From positions 1 to 59,029 of the IMG/VR virus record IMGVR_UViG_3300021963_000146: a stretch of 59,029 bases of DNA, one strand, 5' to 3'. Position 1 is the stretch's first letter; every line of letters begins with the position of its first letter. The stretch is from a virus. Lineage: Duplodnaviria; Caudoviricetes. A program made the position numbers and the translations under genes. Of this stretch, positions 55,821 through 59,029 are shown piece after piece. The notes below the pieces were generated by a model. That model worked only from the letters and a program-made list of their open reading frames with translations, did not search any database and was not told where the DNA came from.

Positions 55821-56515
55821 TTGCATTAGTAGACGGAGACGTTCTACTATATCAGGCAATTTGGGGTACTGAAGACGTAGAAGAAGCTAAAATAAAATTA
55901 GACGAGGTTCTTCAAGCTGTTATTGAAAACACCTTTTGCAGTGACTATATCATTGCAATTGGTGGTCCTAACAATTGGAGGGAAGAGTTCTTTCCTGAAT
56001 ATAAAAAGAGTAAAGCAAGGTTAGCATCTAAGAAGAATAGAGCAGAACACTTTGATGCTTTAAAGGAATGGTTTTGTAATCAACCTAATACAGTAGTTGC
56101 TCACGGATTTGAGGCAGATGACTTAATCCGAATCTGGGCACTCGAAGCTATTAGAGATGGTGATCCTTATATTGTATGTACAATTGATAAGGACTTGGAT
56201 TGTATTCCAGGAAAGCATTTCAAACCAGGACGGGATGAGTATTACGAAGTAAATGAAGATACAGCAGATATCCACTACTGGCGACAGATTCTTATGGGCG
56301 ATGCGGTAGATAATATTCCTGGACTTAGTAAAGTAGGTCCAGTGAAAGCCAATAAGATCTTAGAGGGCTGTGATAATAATAATAAAAGAAAGGCAGCAGT
56401 AATAAATGCATACAAAGAACATTATGGTGACCAGTGGAAACCTTATTTACTTGCCAATGGCAGGTTAATCCACATCTGGCGTCACATTAATGACCACTTC
56501 CAAGTCAAAGAATAA
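55817..56515 (+). CDS. 5'-3' exonuclease / RNase H (T7 gp6-like)
   Basis: DGDVLLY, EADD, DKDL and GDAVDNIPG motifs. Confidence 0.9.
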   Translation: MIALVDGDVLLYQAIWGTEDVEEAKIKLDEVLQAVIENTFCSDYIIAIGGPNNWREEFFPEYKKSKARLASKKNRAEHFDALKEWFCNQPNTVVAHGFEADDLIRIWALEAIRDGDPYIVCTIDKDLDCIPGKHFKPGRDEYYEVNEDTADIHYWRQILMGDAVDNIPGLSKVGPVKANKILEGCDNNNKRKAAVINAYKEHYGDQWKPYLLANGRLIHIWRHINDHFQVKE

Positions 56516-56936
56516 AGATAACGGACACTGGAGTTTCCCAGAACAACTTGATCATGAGAATGCCTTTGGATTTATCTATCTTATAAAGAATATTAATACT
56601 GGTATGATGTATATTGGTAAAAAGATATTTAGAGGTACAGGTAAGATAAACAAAGGTAAACCAAGCAATTGGAGAGTATACACAAGTTCCTCTAAAGATA
56701 TTAATAATATGATAGAGGAAATAGGTATAGACTCCTTTGAGTTTCATGTACTAGAACAGTATTATACACGAGGTGGTTTGAGTTGGGCAGAAACATGGTC
56801 TCAGTGTTATGTTGAGGTTCCTACTAATAATCACATTTGGTATAATCGTTTTATTGATAAAGTTCAATGGCGATCTTCAGAAGTAGTATCGGCTAGACAC
56901 AGAAAAAGACTAACTAAATTAGCAGGATTAAAATGA
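56490..56936 (+). CDS. GIY-YIG-like nuclease
   Basis: GFIYLIKN..TGMMYIGKK ... W..Y.SSS ... E ... WYN. Confidence 0.7.
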   Translation: MTTSKSKNKDNGHWSFPEQLDHENAFGFIYLIKNINTGMMYIGKKIFRGTGKINKGKPSNWRVYTSSSKDINNMIEEIGIDSFEFHVLEQYYTRGGLSWAETWSQCYVEVPTNNHIWYNRFIDKVQWRSSEVVSARHRKRLTKLAGLK

Positions 56937-57112
56937 AGGCAGTAGGTATCACCTTAGGTTTTTGTGCATTGTTATTGATGTTGTTTCAATCAGTAAGGTT
57001 AATTATCACAATGGAGCCATGGAATTCAGCAGATTTTTTAATTGTATCTGCAACAATGAGTTTCATGTCAACTGTACTTATAACAACAGGAAGATTATTT
57101 AGCGATAAATAA
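56933..57112 (+). CDS. 59-aa two-pass membrane protein (not in the ORF track)
   Basis: AGGA RBS and ATGA overlap; MKAVGITLGFCALLLMLFQ...FLIVSATMSFMSTVLITTGRLFSDK. Confidence 0.6.
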   Translation: MKAVGITLGFCALLLMLFQSVRLIITMEPWNSADFLIVSATMSFMSTVLITTGRLFSDK

Positions 57113-57113
57113 A

Positions 57114-58745
57114 ATGGGAAAAATAGTCGTAAAGAATCAACCTTGTCTTAGTAAAACTTGTGGTAGTAGTGATGCTAGACAAGTTTATGATGAAGGAAAC
57201 TCGTTCTGTTTTTCATGCAGTAGCTGGTTTCCAAAACAAGATGAGGAATTATTTGTGTCAACTAAGAAAGAAAGTTATAATATCGAAACATTAGAAGATA
57301 TTGCAGGTTATGCTATACGTGGCTTTGAAGATCGAAAGATCAAAAAGAAAATCACAGAACACTTTAATGTAAGAGTAACTGTAAATCAGAATGGTGAAAT
57401 AGATTCTCATTATTATCCTTATGGTATAAATGAGATTACTGGTTACAAGAAGAGAACACTACCTAAAGAATTCACTGTAGTAGGTAAGATTAAAAGTTTG
57501 TTCGGTCAAATGCAAGCAGGTAATGGTGGTAAACAATTAGTCATTACTGAAGGCGAAATTGATGCTATGACTGTTACACAAGCTTGGTGTGACAAGTATG
57601 AAAAGATCTATCCAGTAGTTTCTATTCCTTCTGCTAGTCAAACTAGTATCTTGTTAGCTAATCGAGACTGGTTACGTAGCTTTGATTCTGTAGTTATTTG
57701 GTTTGATAATGATGAGCCAGGTAAAGAAGCTGCAGATAAAGCTGCTAAGATTATTGGGTTTGATAAAGTCAAAGTAGTAAAGAACACTAAGTTTAAGGAT
57801 GCAAATGAGCTATATGTAAAAGAAGGTTTCTTAGCAGTACTCTCCGTTATCTGGGATGCACAAGCTTGGAGTCCAGTAGGTATTGTTAACTCAGCAGATA
57901 CTTGGGAGTTATACAAGGCTGAATCTGAAATTGACTATGTACCTTGGCCTGACTTTGCTGTTGACTTAAATAAGAAAATTTATGGTAGATGCTTAGGCTC
58001 TATTACTGTACTTTGTTCAGGTACTGGCATGGGTAAGAGTTCATTCTTAAAGGAAGATCAATATCACCTATTACAAACTACTAAAGAAAAGATTGGCATT
58101 TGTTCGCTAGAGGAAAGTGTATCTGAGACTGTAGAAGGTCTTATGGCACTGCACCTAAACAAGCGTATTCAGCTTCCTGATGTAGATGTTACACCAGAAG
58201 AAGAACGTACTTCATGGGAAGAAACCATGGGTACAGGTCGAGTATTATTCTTAGATCACCAAGGTTCTATGGGAGATGACTCCCTAATTGACAAGATGGA
58301 ATTTATGGCTCTTAGCGGTTGTAAGTTTATTTATCTTGATCACATTACTATTGCTGTATCAGATGCGGAAGATAATGATGTAAATCGTGCTACCGATAAA
58401 CTTATGTCAGACTTGCTTAAGTTAGCAAAGAGACATAGTGTATGGGTAGGTGTTGTTAGCCACTTAAGAAAGACTAATAACAATCAAAAATCATTTGAAG
58501 AAGGTGCAGTTCCTTCAGACGATGATTTAAAAGGCTCTGGTTCTTTGAAACAAATTGGTGCTCAGTTAATTGCTATTAGTAGAAATAAACTTGAGGCTGA
58601 TCCTATTCAAAGACACACTAGTAAACTTTGGGTTTTAAAAGATCGTTGGACTGGTAGAACTGGACCAATGGGTCAATATCGTTTTATAGAGGATACAGGT
58701 CGGCTTGTTAATGCTGGAGATTCATTTGAGGATCTTACAATATGA
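57114..58745 (+). CDS. Primase-helicase (T7 gp4-like)
   Basis: Zn finger (C....CGSSD...CFSC), TOPRIM (TEGEIDA, FDNDEPG, KDANE), Walker A GTGMGKS, LDHI, and DLKGSGSLKQ. Confidence 0.95.
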   Translation: MGKIVVKNQPCLSKTCGSSDARQVYDEGNSFCFSCSSWFPKQDEELFVSTKKESYNIETLEDIAGYAIRGFEDRKIKKKITEHFNVRVTVNQNGEIDSHYYPYGINEITGYKKRTLPKEFTVVGKIKSLFGQMQAGNGGKQLVITEGEIDAMTVTQAWCDKYEKIYPVVSIPSASQTSILLANRDWLRSFDSVVIWFDNDEPGKEAADKAAKIIGFDKVKVVKNTKFKDANELYVKEGFLAVLSVIWDAQAWSPVGIVNSADTWELYKAESEIDYVPWPDFAVDLNKKIYGRCLGSITVLCSGTGMGKSSFLKEDQYHLLQTTKEKIGICSLEESVSETVEGLMALHLNKRIQLPDVDVTPEEERTSWEETMGTGRVLFLDHQGSMGDDSLIDKMEFMALSGCKFIYLDHITIAVSDAEDNDVNRATDKLMSDLLKLAKRHSVWVGVVSHLRKTNNNQKSFEEGAVPSDDDLKGSGSLKQIGAQLIAISRNKLEADPIQRHTSKLWVLKDRWTGRTGPMGQYRFIEDTGRLVNAGDSFEDLTI

Positions 58746-58942
58746 GATATGCCGTATTTGCCTATGATGATGTAATTAATAAATACAATGAATATATTTA
58801 TGATGAATATGCAGAATGTGAAGCAGCTTTAGAGATATTTTACAATAATGATATAGCTGCATTTATATGTGTTTCAGATGAATCGATGGAAGGAAAAATA
58901 GCAGATGTGCTATTACGTCCTGGCACTTGCTTTAATGCTTAA
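58742..58942 (+). CDS. Hypothetical protein
   Basis: GAGG RBS; ATGA coupling. Confidence 0.55.
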   Translation: MRYAVFAYDDVINKYNEYIYDEYAECEAALEIFYNNDIAAFICVSDESMEGKIADVLLRPGTCFNA

Positions 58943-58959
58943 CAATAATAATAAAAATA

Positions 58960-59029
58960 ATGAAATACTACGATATTGAAATTGATCTAGAAAAGGATAA
59001 TCTACTTACAGACTACGCCTTTGACATGG
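58960..59029 (+). CDS. N-terminus of a probable ribonucleotide reductase large subunit (3' truncated)
   Basis: MKYYDIEIDLEKDNLLTDYAFDM resembles the I.ID..RD.LL..F start of ATP-cone-less NrdA proteins. Only 23 codons are visible. Confidence 0.45.
   Translation, partial: MKYYDIEIDLEKDNLLTDYAFDM

Noticed and set aside
56490-56936. GIY-YIG gene as a mobile intron or homing element
   Set aside because: It does not interrupt a gene, lacks an obvious C-terminal DNA-binding extension, and sits where a resident replication nuclease is expected.
1108-57916. Minus-strand and nested alternative-frame ORFs in the ORF track (e.g. 7292..7981, 12749..13021, 32438..32767)
   Set aside because: They are shadows of strongly biased or low-complexity + strand genes and have no recognisable motifs.
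1-59029. tRNA genes, integrase/repressor, terminase and a lysis cassette
   Set aside because: None was recognised by eye. Terminase and lysis genes probably lie outside the window, so lifestyle and host cannot be fixed from this sequence.

Overview
The window is a 59-kb, AT-rich segment of a tailed dsDNA bacteriophage with a siphovirus-type tail module. Every credible gene is on the + strand. Order: end of a PhoH-like gene, portal, a 1473-aa fusion of a MuF/SPP1-gp7 head protein to a T7-family single-subunit RNA polymerase, scaffold, major capsid, head-tail joining genes, tail tube, G/GT chaperones with a -1 slippery site, a 1990-aa tape measure carrying a pesticin-like muramidase, tail tip, and about 22 kb of fibre/adhesin genes including seven paralogous glycine-rich proteins. 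After a terminator at 44.6 kb comes an early-type region of small secreted or membrane ORFs, then a second, stand-alone T7-like RNAP and a T7-like replication module (SSB, Pol A, exonuclease, primase-helicase, start of a probable NrdA). The main candidate new system is a two-polymerase transcription cascade. A head-tethered MuF-RNAP, predicted to be packaged and injected, coexists with a free RNAP, and two distinct repeated promoter-like motifs are visible. The early region also holds a canonical type I hammerhead ribozyme and three H-type pseudoknots, two of them tandem copies with compensatory base changes. All calls come from motif recognition by eye. No database search was run, so novelty is unverified.
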